Shown one piece after another: positions 33,484 through 47,300 of a stretch of DNA of 64,000 bases. Source of the DNA: Squalus acanthias (taxonomy: Eukaryota); the NCBI GenBank assembly GCA_030390025.1, contig JASTWF010000328.1, positions 434,001 through 498,000 on the forward strand. Direction: 5' to 3'. The notes beneath the pieces were generated by a model. The model worked only from the letters and a program-made list of their open reading frames with translations. It searched no databases and was not told the origin of the DNA. A program made the position numbers and the translations under genes. Every line of letters begins with the position of its first letter. The stretch's first letter is position 1.

Positions 33484-35352
33484 AGGAAGATGTTAGAAGC
33501 TATTCTTCTTCTTCTTAGGCAGTCCCTCGGAACCGAGGATGACTTGCTTCCACATTAAAAATGAGTTCTCAGGTGACTGATGAGTCCAATGCGGGACCTA
33601 CAGTCTCTGTCACAGGTGGGGCAGACGGTGGTTGAAGGGGCGGGTGGGTGGGGTGCTTGGGTTGACGTGCGCTGCTTGCGCTTGGCTTCCGCTTGCTCCC
33701 GGCGAAGAGACTCGAGGTGTTCAGCGCCTTCCCGGATGCTTCTCCTCCACTTTGTGCGGTCTTGGGCCAGGGATTCCCAGGTGTCAGTGGGGATGTTGCA
33801 CTTTTTCAAGGAGGCTTTGAGGGTGTCCTTGAAGCGTTTCCTCTGCCCACCTGGGGCTCTCTTGCCGTGTCGGAGCTCCGAGTAGAGCGCTTGTTTTGGG
33901 AGTCTCGTATCGGGCATGCGGACGATGTGACCTGTCCATCGGAGCTGATCGAGCGTGGTCAAAGCTTCGATGCTGAGGATGTTGGCCAGATGATAGGTAG
34001 GAAAGTAAAGACGTTATAGCAGGGCACTTGGAAAAGTTCAAGGTAATCAGGCAGAGTCAACATGGTTTTGTGAAAGGGAAATCATGTTTACCCAATTTAT
34101 TGGAGTTCTTTGAGGAAGTAACATGTGCTGTGGATAAAGGGGAACCGGTGGATGTACTGTACTTAGATTTCCAGAAGGCATTTGATAAGGTGCCACATCA
34201 AAGGTTATTGCAGAAAATAAAAGCTCATGGTGTAGGGGGTAACATATTGGCATGGATAGAAGATTGGCTAGCTAACAGGAAACAGAGAGTAGGCATAAAT
34301 GGGTCATTTTCTGGTTGGCAAGATGTAACGAGTGATGTGCCACAGGGATCAGTGCTGGGGCCTCAACTTTTTACAATGTATATAAATGACTTGGATGAAG
34401 GGACCGAAGGTATGGTTGCTAAATTTGCTGATGACACAAAGATAGGTAGGAAAGTAAATTGTGAAGAGGACATAAAGAGGCTACAAAGGGATATAGATAG
34501 GTTAAGTGAGTCGGCAAAGATCTGGCAAATGGAGTATAATGTGGGAAAATGTGAAGTTGTCCATTTTGGCAGGAAGAATAAAAAAGAAGCATATTATCTA
34601 AATGGTGAGAGATTGCAGAGCTCTGAGATGCAGAGGGATCTGGGGGTCCTAGTGCATGAATCGCAAAAGGTTAGTATGCAGGTACAGCAAGTAATTAGGA
34701 AAGCTAATAGAATGTTATCGTTTATTGCGAGGGGAATTGAATACAAAAGTAGGGAGGTTATGCTTCAGTTATACAGGGCATTGGTGAGACCACATCTGGA
34801 GTACTGTGTACAGTATTGGTCTCCTTATTTAAGGAAGGATGAAAGTGCGTTGGAAGCAGTTCAGAGAAGGTTTACTAGACTAATCCCTGGAATGGGCGGG
34901 TTGTCTTATGAGGAAAGGTTGGACAGGCTAGGCTTGTATCCGCTGGAGTTTAGAAGAGTAAGAGGTGACTTGATTGAAACATGTAAGATCCTGAGGGGTC
35001 TGGACAGGGTGGATGTGGAGAGGATGTTTCCTCTTGTGGGAGAATCTAGAACTAGGGGTCACTGTTTAAAAATAAGGGGTTGCCCATTTAAGACCGAGAT
35101 GAGGAGAAATTTTTTCTCACGGGAGGGTTGTGAGTCTTTGGAACTCTCTTCCTCAGAGGGCGGTGGAAGCAGAGTCTTTGAATATTTTTAAGGCAGAGGT
35201 AGATAGATTCTTGATAAGCAAGGGGGTGAAAGGTTATCGGGGGTAGGCGGGAATGTGGAGTAATCAGATCAGCCATGATCTTATTGAATGGCGGAGCAGG
35301 CTCGAGGGGCCGAGTGGCCGACTCCTGCTCCTAATTCGTATGTTCGTATGTA
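33484..35352 (+). mobile_element. Young CR1 LINE 3' half (387-aa RT ORF at 34028-35191)
   Basis: Long uninterrupted RT ORF ([25 protein letters not shown]); same subfamily as 56519-59180. Confidence 0.92.
33504..33988 (-). mobile_element. RTE (BovB-like) LINE 3' end nested in a CR1
   Basis: LRWTGHIVRMPDTRLPKQALYSEL..GGQRKRFKDTLK..CPTCDRDCRSRIGLISHLRTH; (GAA)n tail. Confidence 0.85.
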
Positions 35353-35551
35353 ACCTGTGCAGCAGCTGGGGCCTGAAAATCAGCTTCACTGCCCCTGGGC
35401 TGGGAAAGGGGGACATGAGACAACATTCTCCCTCTTACCCCTTTCTAAACTCCTTTTACAGGGTTTTAGAAGTGGAGCATTTACAGACAGGAAGCTCAGA
35501 CCGAACATCACGTCAAGATCCGACAGAGTCGCTCGATTCATCAGGACCTGA

Positions 35552-36776
<1,225 letters not shown>

Positions 36777-37251
36777 CACAGGGCCCTGTACTGCTGTTTA
36801 ATCTTTAAGACTGTTGTGCTGATGATTCCCTTGATTTGAGTGATAGCGAGTTCCCCATTCTCCCACTCTCTGGGTCAAGAAATTTCTCCTGAATTCCCCA
36901 GTAGCCCCATAAATATGATGAGATTCTGTTAAGCTGACCAGTATGTTGTTGTACTTTGTCTTTTTCTGATGAATGAAACATTACTGAGTCCCTGTACCCG
37001 TGTTATGGGATGAAGTGCCAGACAAGTGAAGGCACAACGTTTGGGTGTGAATCTGATAATAACCTCACGGACCGTATAGGTGTGATAACCAGACGGGCTT
37101 GTGGTTATAGTCTGGTCACAGATGGACTAAATTCCCTGAATTAGCAGGAGTTCAGGAGACGGTCAACAGACGGGTCCAAACAATCCCATTTCCTGAGCAG
37201 TAACCAAGCTTGTGTATAAGAACAGGCCACTTAAGCCGCTGTCAGTTGGAA

Positions 37252-37950
37252 CGACTCAGCATCCAAAGATTCACAACCCTCTGAGTGAAGAAATTTCTCC
37301 TCATCTCAGTCTCAAATGGCCGACCCCTTATCCTGAGACTATGCCCCCTAGTTCTAGACTCTCCAGCCAGGGGAAACAACCTCTCAGCATCTACCCTGTC
37401 AATCCCCTTCAGAATGTTATATGTGTCGATGAGATCACCTCTCATTCTTCTAAACTCCAGAGAGTTTAGGACCATTCTACTCAATCTCTCCTCATAGGAC
37501 AATCCTCCCATCCCAGGGATCAATCTAGCGAACCTTCACTGCACCACATCTAAGGCAAGTATATCCTTTCACAGATAAGGAGAGTAAAACTGTGCACAGT
37601 CCTCCAGGTGTGGTCTCACCAAAGCCCTGGGCAATTGTAGGAAGGCTTTCTTACTCTTGTGCTCCAACCCCCTGCAATAAAGGCCAACATGTCTTCCTAA
37701 TTGTTTTCTGTAGCTGCATGCTAACTTACTGTGTTTCCTGTACAATGACACCTAAATTTCCCTGAACACCAACATTTATAAGTTTCTCACCATTTAAGAA
37801 ATATTCTGTTTTTCTATTCATCCTATTAAAGTGAATAACCTCACATTATACTCCATCTGCCACCTTATTGACCACTTACTTAACCTGTCTATATCCCTTT
37901 GCAGGCTCTTTGTGTCTTCCTCACAGCTCACTTTCACACCTAGCTTTGTA
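37252..37950 (-). mobile_element. CR1 3' fragment splitting the LTR-like element
   Basis: YEERLSR, RRMRGDLI, FTQRVV; both flanks match the contiguous 26342-26800. Confidence 0.85.
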
Positions 37951-38175
37951 TTGCGGGAATTATCATCCGATCTGTATTATGCAGCGCTCTTAATAAAGTC
38001 TGGAGAGACAATTTGTGTTCTTGTGAGCTTGATTATCTGGTATCCGAAACCCTGGGACTCCCGATCATTAGAGTCAACCTCAGTGTGTGGAAAGGGATTC
38101 CCTGGTGTATCCCACCCGCTGACACACCAGAGTGTCCACATTGTGACTGCGGTGGGTCGATTCCACTCATTTCCA

Positions 38176-38907
38176 CAGCCTCCCCTGGCCCCGGGCCCTG
38201 AACAAGGGACTGGAGAAACTCGCTGCCCTGCGGATCAGACAATCAGCCGGCGCAAGTCCCGCCCCTCAGGCTCCCCGATTGGTTGGAGGACCCGCCGCCG
38301 GCTCGCTCCTCCAGTCCCCGCCCCGCTCGCTCCCTATTGGTCGGAAGCTCACGTCAATCAGGGCCCGGGTCACGTGTCCCTGGAGCGCGCTCCGCCAAAC
38401 TGAAGAAGCTCCGCTCGGGGCCCGGATCCGCGGACTCTCAGGTTTGGATTCCCCTTTATTCTCTCCCCTCCTCTGATCTCAATCGGATCTGGGGGAAAAC
38501 TCACTTTCCCTCACTGATTGCGGCTCTTAACCAACACCGACTTTACAAAGAAAGCCCCGCGCGGCAGCCTGGAGCTCAGGGGCCCAGCGCGCAGGCGCGG
38601 GCGAGGATGATTGACAGGGGCCCAGGGTGTGTGCTGAGCATGCGCGGTGCGGGCCGGGCGCCTGTGGAGCAGGAGAGGGCGGGGCCATGGGGCGCATGCG
38701 CGGTGTCAGCCACAACTCAGCGCGGCGGCCGGAGCGCTTTCTGGAGCGCGGGGGCTTGTGGGGATTGCAGCCGCCATTACTGTTGATACTTTCAACCAAC
38801 CTGTGCAGCAGCTGGGGCCTGAAAATCAGCTTCACTGCCCCTGGGCTGGGAAAGGGCGACACAAGACAACATTCTCCCTCTTACCCCTTTCTAAACTCCT
38901 CTCACAG
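38176..38907 (+). promoter_or_regulatory. ZNF-D promoter, non-coding exon and intron cassette
   Basis: Inverted near-copy of 21491-22215; candidate donor GT at 38442, acceptor ctcacag| at 38907. Confidence 0.65.
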
Positions 38908-39016
38908 GGTTTTAGAATTGGAGCATTTACAGACAGGAAGCTCAGACCAAACATCACCTCAAGATCTGACAGAGTCACTCGATTCATCAAGACCTCAATA
39001 TCATCGGCCTTTGCAC

Positions 39017-40567
39017 ATGGAAGGAGAGAGCAGTGATCACATAGAAACATAGAATCTAGGAGCAGGAGTAGGCCATTCGGCCCGTCGAGCCTGCTCCACC
39101 ATTCAATACGATCGTGGCTGATCATCCAAATCCAGTACCCTGTCCCTGCTTTAATCCCCACAGTACACATATCCCACCCTACCCCCGTAACCCCAGGTAT
39201 TTAATTCCCCCTAACATATCCCATCCTATCCCCATAACCCCACATATTTAATCCCCCCCTAACACTAAGGGTCAATTTATCATAGCCAAATCAACCTAAC
39301 CCGCACATTTTTGGACTGTGGGAGGAAACCGGAGCACCCGGAGGAAACCCACGCAGACACGGGGAGAATGTGCAAACTCCACACAGACAAACTGCACACG
39401 TGTTCAGTGTGTGGACTCGCCTTCAGCCAATTGCCTGCCTTGGCGAAGCACGTGCACCGTCACACCGGGGAGAAACCGGGTAAAGGTGGTGACAACGGGA
39501 AGGGATTCAGTTCCCCATCTGCGTCGGAAGTTCATTGGCGCAGTCACACCGGGGACAGTCCGTTCACCTGCTCCGTGTGTGGGAAAGGATTTGTTTATTC
39601 ATCCCACCTGCTGAGACACCAGCTTGTTCACACTGATGAGAAACCATTTAAATGTTCTGACTGCGGGAAGAGCTTCAAATGCTCCGGGGATCTGAAGGAA
39701 CACCAGCTTGTTCACACTGATGAGAAACCATTTAAATGTTCTGACTGCGGGAAGAGCTTTAAATACTCCGGGGACCTGAAGCAACACCAGCTTGTTCACA
39801 CTGATGAGAGGCCGTTTACATGTTCCGACTGTGGGAAGAGTTTTAAAAGCTCCGGGGTTCTGACCAGACACCAGCGAGTTCACACTGGGGAGAGGCCGTT
39901 CCCCTGCTCTGTGTGTGGGAAGGGATTCACTGATTCATCTACCCTGCTGATACACCAGCGAGTTCACACTGATGAGAGAGCCTTTAAATGTTCTGACTGT
40001 GGGAAGAGCTTTAAATGCTCCGGGGCTCTGACCACACACCAGCGAGTTCACACTGATGAGAGAGCGTTTAAATGTTCTGTCTGTCAAAAGAGCTTTAAAA
40101 GCTCCGGGGACCTGAAGCAACACCATCTTGTTCACACTGATGAGAAACCATTTAAATGTTCTGACTGTGGGAAGAGCTTTAAAAGATCCGGGGCTCTGAC
40201 CACACACCAGCGAGTTCGCACTGATGAGAGAGCGTTTCAATGTTCTGTCTGTCAGAAGAGCTTTAAATACTCCGGGGACCTGAAGCAACACCAGCTTGTT
40301 CACACTGATGAGAGGCCGTTTACATGTTCTGACTGTGGGAAGAGCTTTAAAAGCTCCGAGGCTCTGACCAGACACCAGCGAGTTCACACTGGGGAGAGGC
40401 CGTTTCCCTGCTCTGTGTGTGGGAAGGGATTCACTGATTCATCTACCCTGCTGATACACCAGCGAGTTCACACTGATGACAGAGCGTTTACATGTTCTGA
40501 CTGTGGGAAGAGTTTTAGAAGCTTCAATGAGCTGAAGCAACACCAGCGAGTTCACACTGTTCTGTAG
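39017..40567 (+). CDS. C2H2 zinc-finger protein ZNF-D (14 finger units, 12 canonical), interrupted by a SINE after codon 8
   Basis: MEGESSDH at 39017, SINE 39040-39388, fingers resume DKLHTCSVC to HTVL*; in-frame ATG at 39368. Confidence 0.8.
39040..39388 (-). mobile_element. V-SINE (HE1-like) inserted in ZNF-D
   Basis: Inverted near-copy of 20145-20463. Confidence 0.85.
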
Positions 40568-40694
40568 CACAGGGCCCTGCAGACAGCTGGGGTGACATGA
40601 ACGTGGAGTGGATGAATGTTTTATAAATTCTTGTACTGCTGTTTAATCTTTCAAACTGTTGTGCTGATGATTCCCTTGATTTGACTGTTCATGT

Positions 40695-40905
40695 TATTTT
40701 TTTCCCTTATCACAGGCAATTGCCTGTTTAAAGTCAACCATGTGCCCCCTTTTTAAAGAGGCACAACCAATAAAACCTGTAACATAACAAAAAAAGTTTA
40801 AAGAAAACTTAACAATGTAAATTAAAATTCTATTTTCGGTGGTGATGATGCACGCCAGTCCCTCCGGTACCCACCGGTTGTGGAAGGCCTCGAGCGCGCC
40901 GGTGT
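40695..40905 (-). mobile_element. Tx1-like LINE 3' end
   Basis: Minus translation ALEAFHNRWVPEGLACII resembles the Tx1 ORF2 C-terminus. Confidence 0.5.
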
Positions 40906-41253
40906 ACTGTTCCTGTTATTACATCGAATGTACAGCACAGAAACAGGCCATTCGACCCAAGCCGGGGTTTATGCTCCACGCGAGCCTCCTCCGACATCCT
41001 CCTATGTTTATCTGGCTTCTCCTTAAATGCATCTATGCCGTTCACCTCAACTACTCCTTGTGGTAGCGAGTTCCCCATTCTACCACTCGCTGGGTAAAGA
41101 AGTTTCTCCTGAATTACCTACTGGATTTATTAGTGGTCATCTTATATTTATGGCCCCATAAATATGATGAGATTCTGTTAAGCTGACCAGTATGTTGTTG
41201 TACTTTGTCTTTTTCTGATGAATAAAACATTACTGAGTCCCTGTACCCGTGTT

Positions 41254-41556
41254 CACAGAATCCCCACAGTGCAGATAGAGGCCATTTCGGCCCATCGAGC
41301 CTGCACTGACACATATCCCACCCTATATCCGTAACCCTGGAACCCCACGTATTTAATTCCCCTAACACTAAGGGTCAATTTATCATAGCCAAATCAACCT
41401 AACCCGCACATCTTTGGACTGTGGGAGGAAACCGGAGGAAACCCACGCAGACACGGGGAGAATGTGCAAACTCCACACAGACAGTCACCCGAGGCCGGAT
41501 TCGAACCTGGGTCCCTGGCGCTGTGAGGCAACAGTGCTAACCACTATGCCACCGTG
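41254..41556 (-). mobile_element. Full-length V-SINE with tRNA head, inserted in an LTR-like copy
   Basis: Head cacggtggcatagtggttagcactgttgcctcacagcgccagggacccaggttcgaatcc; V-domain; ccgtgtt repeated at both junctions. Confidence 0.85.
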
Positions 41557-41804
41557 TTATGGGATGAAGTGCCAGACAAGTAAAGGCACAACGTCTGGGT
41601 GTGAATCTAATAATAACCTCACGGACCGTATAGGTGTGATAACCAGACGGGCTTGTGGTTATAGTCTGGTCACAGATGGACTAAATTCCCTGAATTAGCA
41701 GGAGTTCAGGAGGCGGTCAACAGACGGGTCCAAACAATCCCATTTCCTGAGCAGTAACCAAGCTTGTGTATAAGAACAGGCCACTTAAGCCATTGTCAGT
41801 TGGA

Positions 41805-42325
41805 ACAACTCAGCATCCAAAGATTCACAACCCTCTGAGTGAAGAAATTTCTCCTCATCTCAGTCTCAAATGGCCGACCCCTTATCCTGAGACTATGCCC
41901 CCGAGTTCGAGTTGGCTATGATAAATTGACCCTTAGTGTTAGGGGGGGATTAAATATGTGGGGTTACGGGGATAGGCTGGGATATGTGTCAGTGGAGGCT
42001 CGATGGGGATTCTGTGTGGGAAAGCAGGGACAGGGTACTGGATTTGGATGATCAGCCATGATCGTATTGAATGGTGGAGCAGGCTCGACGGGCCGAATGG
42101 CCTACTCCTGCTCCTAGATTCTATGTTTCTATGTTTCTATGAGACTCTCCAGCCAGGGCAAACAACCTCTCAGCATCTACCCTGTCAATCCCCTTCAGAA
42201 TGTTATATGTATCAATGAGATCACCTCTCATTCTTCTAAACTCAAGAGAGTATAGGCCCATTCTACTCAACCCACCCATCACAGGGATCAATCTAGTGAA
42301 CCTTTGTTGCACCGCCTCCAAGGCA
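41805..42325 (-). mobile_element. CR1 3' fragment with a nested partial V-SINE (41908-42140, +)
   Basis: Matches 37252-37555; SINE tail matches 20210-20463. Confidence 0.75.
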
Positions 42326-42529
42326 AATTTGGGAATTCTGGAAGATCAAAACCAAGACTCGAGGAGTCATTGGTAAACTCCTGGAGTCTGTAATATGGGA
42401 TAAAGTTAATTACAAACTTGCAGAACAAGGAGAATCGCTGTCCCTTTAACTACCACAAATCCCTGTGTGGAGGAGAGGGGGAGATACAGTCTGTCCCAGG
42501 AACTGTCGCACAACAGAATCAGAGACCCA

Positions 42530-42940
42530 AAAGCAAAATACTGCAGATGCTGGAAATCTGAAATAAAAAGAGAAAATGCTGGAAATCCTCAGCAGGTCAG
42601 GCAGCATCTGTGGAGAGAGAAGGGTCATCGACCTGAAACGTTAACTCTGTTTCTCTCTCCACAGATGCTGCCGGACCTGCTGAGTACATCCAGCATCTTC
42701 TGTTTTTATTTCAGATTTCCAGCATCCGCAGTATTTTGCTTTAGTATCAGTGTTTAATTCACTGCCACTTCTCTTCCAGGAATGCCCACCTTGAAGAAGT
42801 TCTGCTCTTTTCTCCGACGGGATTTCCGTTTGTCTCTTCTACCTTGTTCATCTTCATTGCTTTCTGTTTCCCTTCTCGTGTTTGATCAGGTATCAGGTAT
42901 CTACCAGAACTCGCTTTCACAGCCCCATCTCTTTCCTCAG
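42530..42940 (+). mobile_element. Penelope inverted pseudo-LTR pair (fold-back 42530-42742) and probable adjoining 5' ORF fragment
   Basis: aaagcaaaatactgcagatgctggaaatctgaaat.. mirrored by ..atttcagatttccagcatccgcagtattttgcttt; contains ggtcatcgacctGAAACGTTaact. Confidence 0.7.
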
Positions 42941-42953
42941 CCGCTGTCTCTAG

Positions 42954-43272
42954 GGAGGTGCCGTCTTTCGGATGAGACGTTAAACTGAGGTCCCATCTGC
43001 TCTCTCAGGTGGGCGTAAAAGATCCCCTGGAACTTCTTCGAAGAAGAGCAGGGGAGTAATCCCCGGTGTCCTGGCCAATATCTATCCCTCAATCAACATC
43101 ACTAAAACAGGTTATCACATTGCTGTTTTTGGGAGCTTGCTCAGTGCAAATTGGCGGCCGTGTTTCCTACGTTACAACAGTGACTACACTTCAAAAAGTA
43201 CTTCATTGGCTGTAAAGCGCTTTGGGACATCCGGTGGTCATGAAAGGCGCTATAGAAATGCAAGCCTTTTCT
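42954..43272 (+). mobile_element. Deu-domain SINE (SacSINE1/AmnSINE-like), 5'-truncated
   Basis: gtaaaagatccc..ccccggtgtcctggccaata..aaagcgctttgggac..aaaggcgctatagaaatgcaag. Confidence 0.7.
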
Positions 43273-43819
43273 CTCCGGCTCCCACTTATTCCACACGGAT
43301 TCCAACTGAAATTCCACCCTTGTTGTTTCGGATCCACCCGGGATTTGACCTTGAACATTCGAGCAGGCTGCAGTCAGTCTGACATACTGTTCCGTTCTGG
43401 GCACCACACCTCAGGAAGGATATATTGACCTTGGAGGGGTCACAGCGCAGATTCACCAGAATGATACCAGGACTAAAAGGGTTAAATGATGAGGACAGGT
43501 TGCACAGACGAGACTGTAATTCCCTCGAGTATAGAAGATTAAGGAGTGATCTAATGGAGTTGTTTAAGATGATTAAATATTTTGAGGAGGTGACTAAAGC
43601 AGTGGACAGGGGAATGTCTATAGAAATAGGAGCAGGAGCAGGCCATTTGGACCTTCGAGGATGTTATTTATATGGACTGCCAGAAGGCATTTGATAAAGT
43701 CCCTCATAAAAGGCTGTTAACTAAGGTTGAATCCCACGGAACTGAAGGCAAATTATTGACCTCTTTAGGAAATTGGCAGAGCGGTAGAAGACAGAGAGTA
43801 GGCATAATGGGTAAGTGTC

Positions 43820-44394
43820 ACACCTCCTGATTCCCCAAAGCCTTTCCACCATCTACAAGGCACAAGTCAGGAGTGTGATGGAATACTCTCCACTTGCTTG
43901 GATGAGTGCAGCTCCAACAACACTCAAGAAACTCGACACCATCCAGGACAAAGCAGCCCGCTTGATTGGCACCCTATCTACCACCTGAAACATTCACTCC
44001 CTCCACCACCGGCGCACTGAGGCTGCAGTGTGTACCATCTACAAGATGGACTGCAGCATCTTGCCAAGGCTTCTTCAGGAGCACCAACCAAACCCGCGAC
44101 CTCCACCACCGAGAAGGACAAGGGAAGCAGGCGCATGGGAACACCACCACCTCCAAGTTCAGCTCCAAGTCACACACCATCCTGACATGGAAGTATATCG
44201 CCGTTCCTTCATCGTCGCTGGGTCAAAATCCTGGAAATCCCTCCCTAACAGCACTGTGGGAGTACCTACACCACACGGACTGCAGCGGCTCAAGAAGGTG
44301 GCACACCATCACATTCTCAAGGGCAATTAGGGATGGGCAATAAATGCTGGCCTTGCCAGTGACGCCCACATCCCATGAACGAATTTTTAAAAAA
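43820..44394 (+). mobile_element. LINE 3' end (CR1/L2 group, distinct family)
   Basis: TIYKAQVRSVMEYSPLAWMSAAPTTLKKLDTIQDKAARLIG; tail gcccacatcccatgaacgaat plus A tract; same tail begins on - at 63970. Confidence 0.75.
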
Positions 44395-47300
44395 CCCTCA
44401 CCCCGACTCCTCTTTCTCCCCTACTCTCCAACCCCCTCACCCGAACTCCTCTTTCACCCCCACTCTCCAACCCCCTCACCCCAACTCATCTTTCACCCCA
44501 ACTCTCCAACCCCCTCACCCCAACTCCTCTTTCACCCCTACTCTCCAACCCCCACCCCAACTCCTCTTTCACCCCTACTCTCCAACCCCCCTCACCCCAA
44601 CTCCTCTTTCACACCTACTCTCCAACCCTCCTCACCCCAACTCCTCTTTCACCCCTACTCTCCAACCCCCTCACCCCAACTCCTCTTTCACCCCTACTCT
44701 CCAACCCCCCTCACCCCAACTCCTCTTTCACCCCTACTCTCCAACCCCCTCACCCCAACTCCTCTTTCACCCCTACTCTCCAACCCCCTCACCCCAACTC
44801 CTCTTTCACCCCTACTCTCCAACCCCCTCACCCCAACTCCTCTTTCAACCCTACTCTCCAACACCCCTCAACCCAACTCCTCTTTCACACCTACTCTCCA
44901 ACCCCCCTCACCCCAACTCCTCTTTCACCCCTACTCTCCAACCCCCCTCACCCCGACTCCTCTTACACCCCTACTCTCCAACCCCCCTCACCCCAACTCC
45001 TCTTTCACCCCTACTCTCCAACCCCCACCCCAACTCCTCTTTCACCCCTACTCTCCAACCCTCCTCACCCCAACTCCTCTTTCACTCCTACTCTCCAACA
45101 CCCCTCACCCCAACTCCTCTTTCAACCCTACTCTCCAACACCCCTCAACCCAACTCCTCTTTCACCCCTACTCTCCAACCCCCCTCACCCCGACTCCTCT
45201 TTCACCCCTACTCTCCAACCCCCTCACGCCAACTGCTCTTTCACCCCTACTCTCCAACCCCCCCTCACCCCAACTCCTCTTTCACCCCTACTCTCAACGC
45301 CCCTCACCCCAACTCCTCTTTCACCCCAACTCTCCAACCCCTCTCACCCCAACTCCTCTTTCACCCCTACTCTCCAACCCCCTCACCCCGACTCTCCAAC
45401 CCACTCACCCCAACTCCTCTTTCACCCCGACTCTCCAACCCTCTCACCCCAACTCCACTTTCAGCCCTACTCTCCAACCCTCCTCACCCCAACTCCTCTT
45501 TCACCCCTACTCTCCAACCCCCTCACCCCAACTCCTCTTTCTCCCCCACGCTCCAACCCCCCCTCACCCCAACTCCTCTTTCTCCCCCACTCTCCAACGC
45601 CCCCGCACCCCGACTCCTCTTTCACCCCTACTCTCCAACCCCCTCACCCCAACTCCTCTTTCTCCCCCACTCTCCAACCACCCCTCACCCCAACTCCTCT
45701 TTCTCCCCCACTCTCCAACGCCCCCTCACCCCGACTCCTCTTTCACCCCTACTCTCCAACCCCTCACCCCGACTCCTCTTTCACCCCTACTCTCCAACCC
45801 CCCTCACCCCAACTCCTCTTTCACCCCTACTCTCCAAACCCCCTCACCCCAACTCCTCTTTCACACCTACTCTCCAACCCCCTCACCCCAACTCCTCTTT
45901 CACCCCTACTCTCCAACCCCCCTCACCCCGACTCCTCTTTCACCCCTACTCTCCAACCCCCCTCACCCCAACTCCTCTTCACCCCTACTCTCCAACCCCC
46001 TCACCCCAACTCCTCTTTCACCCCTACTCTCCAACCCCCCTCACCCCAACTCCTCTTTCACACCTACTCTCCAACCCCCTCACCCCAACTCCTCTTTCAC
46101 CCCTACTCTCCAACCCTCCTCACCCCAACTCCTCTTTCACCCCTACTCTCCAACACCCCTCACCCCAACTCCTCTTTCACCCTACTCTCCAACACCCCTC
46201 ACCCCAACTCCTCTTTCACCCCTACTCTCCAACCCCCTCACCCCAACTCCTCTTTCACCCCTACTCTCCAACCCCCCTCACCCCGACTCCTCTTACACCC
46301 CTACTCTCCAACCCCCCTCACCCCAACTCCTCTTTCACCCCTACTCTCCAACCCCCTCACGCCAACTCCTCTTTCACCCCTACTCTCCAACCCCCCCTCA
46401 CCCCAACTCCTCTTTCATCCCTACTCTCAACGCCCTCACAGAAACTCCTCTTTCACCCCTACTCTTCAACCCCTCTCACCCCAACTCCTCTTTCACCCCG
46501 ACTCTCCAACCCTCTCACCCCAACTCCACTTTCAGCCCTACTCTCCAACCCTCCTCACCCCAACTCCTCTTTCACCCCTACTCTCCAACCCCCTCACCCC
46601 AACTCCTCTTTCTCCCCCACGCTCCAACCCCCCTCACCCCAACTCCTCTTTCTCCCCCACTCTCCAACGCCCCCGCACCCCGACTCCTCTTTCACCCCTA
46701 CTCTCCAACCCCCTCACCCCAACTCCTCTTTCTCCCCCACTCTCCAACCACCCCTCACCCCAACTCCTCTTTCTCCCCCACTCTCCAACGCCCCCTCACC
46801 CCGACTCCTCTTTCACCCCTACTCTCCAACCCCTCACCCCGACTCCTCTTTCACCCCTACTCTCCAACCCCCCTCACCCCAACTCCTCTTTCACCCCTAC
46901 TCTCCAACCCCCTCACCCCAACTCCTCTTTCACACCTACTCTCCAACCCTCCTCACCCCAACTCCTCTTTCACCCCTACTCTCCAACCCCCCTCACCCCG
47001 ACTCCTCTTACACCCCTACTCTCCAACCCCCCTCACCCCAACTCCTCTTCACCCCTACTCTCCAACCCCCCACCCCAACTCCTCTTTCACCCCTACTCTC
47101 CAACCCCCCTCACCCCAACTCCTCTTTCACACCTACTCTCCAACCCTCCACACCCCAACTCCTCTTTCACCCCTACTCTCCAACACCCCTCACCCCAACT
47201 CCTCTTTCAACCCTACTCTCCAACACCCCTCAACCCAACTCCTCTTTCACCCCTACTCTCCAACCCTCCTCACCCCAACTCCTCTTTCACCCCTACTCTC

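Noticed and set aside
34028..35191. Host reverse-transcriptase gene or active LINE
   Set aside because: 5'-truncated CR1 lacking endonuclease and ORF1, with a frameshifted C-terminus
41480..41556. tRNA gene (also 19420-19490 and 60200-60277)
   Set aside because: A/B boxes belong to SINE heads continuous with SINE bodies; no full cloverleaf seen
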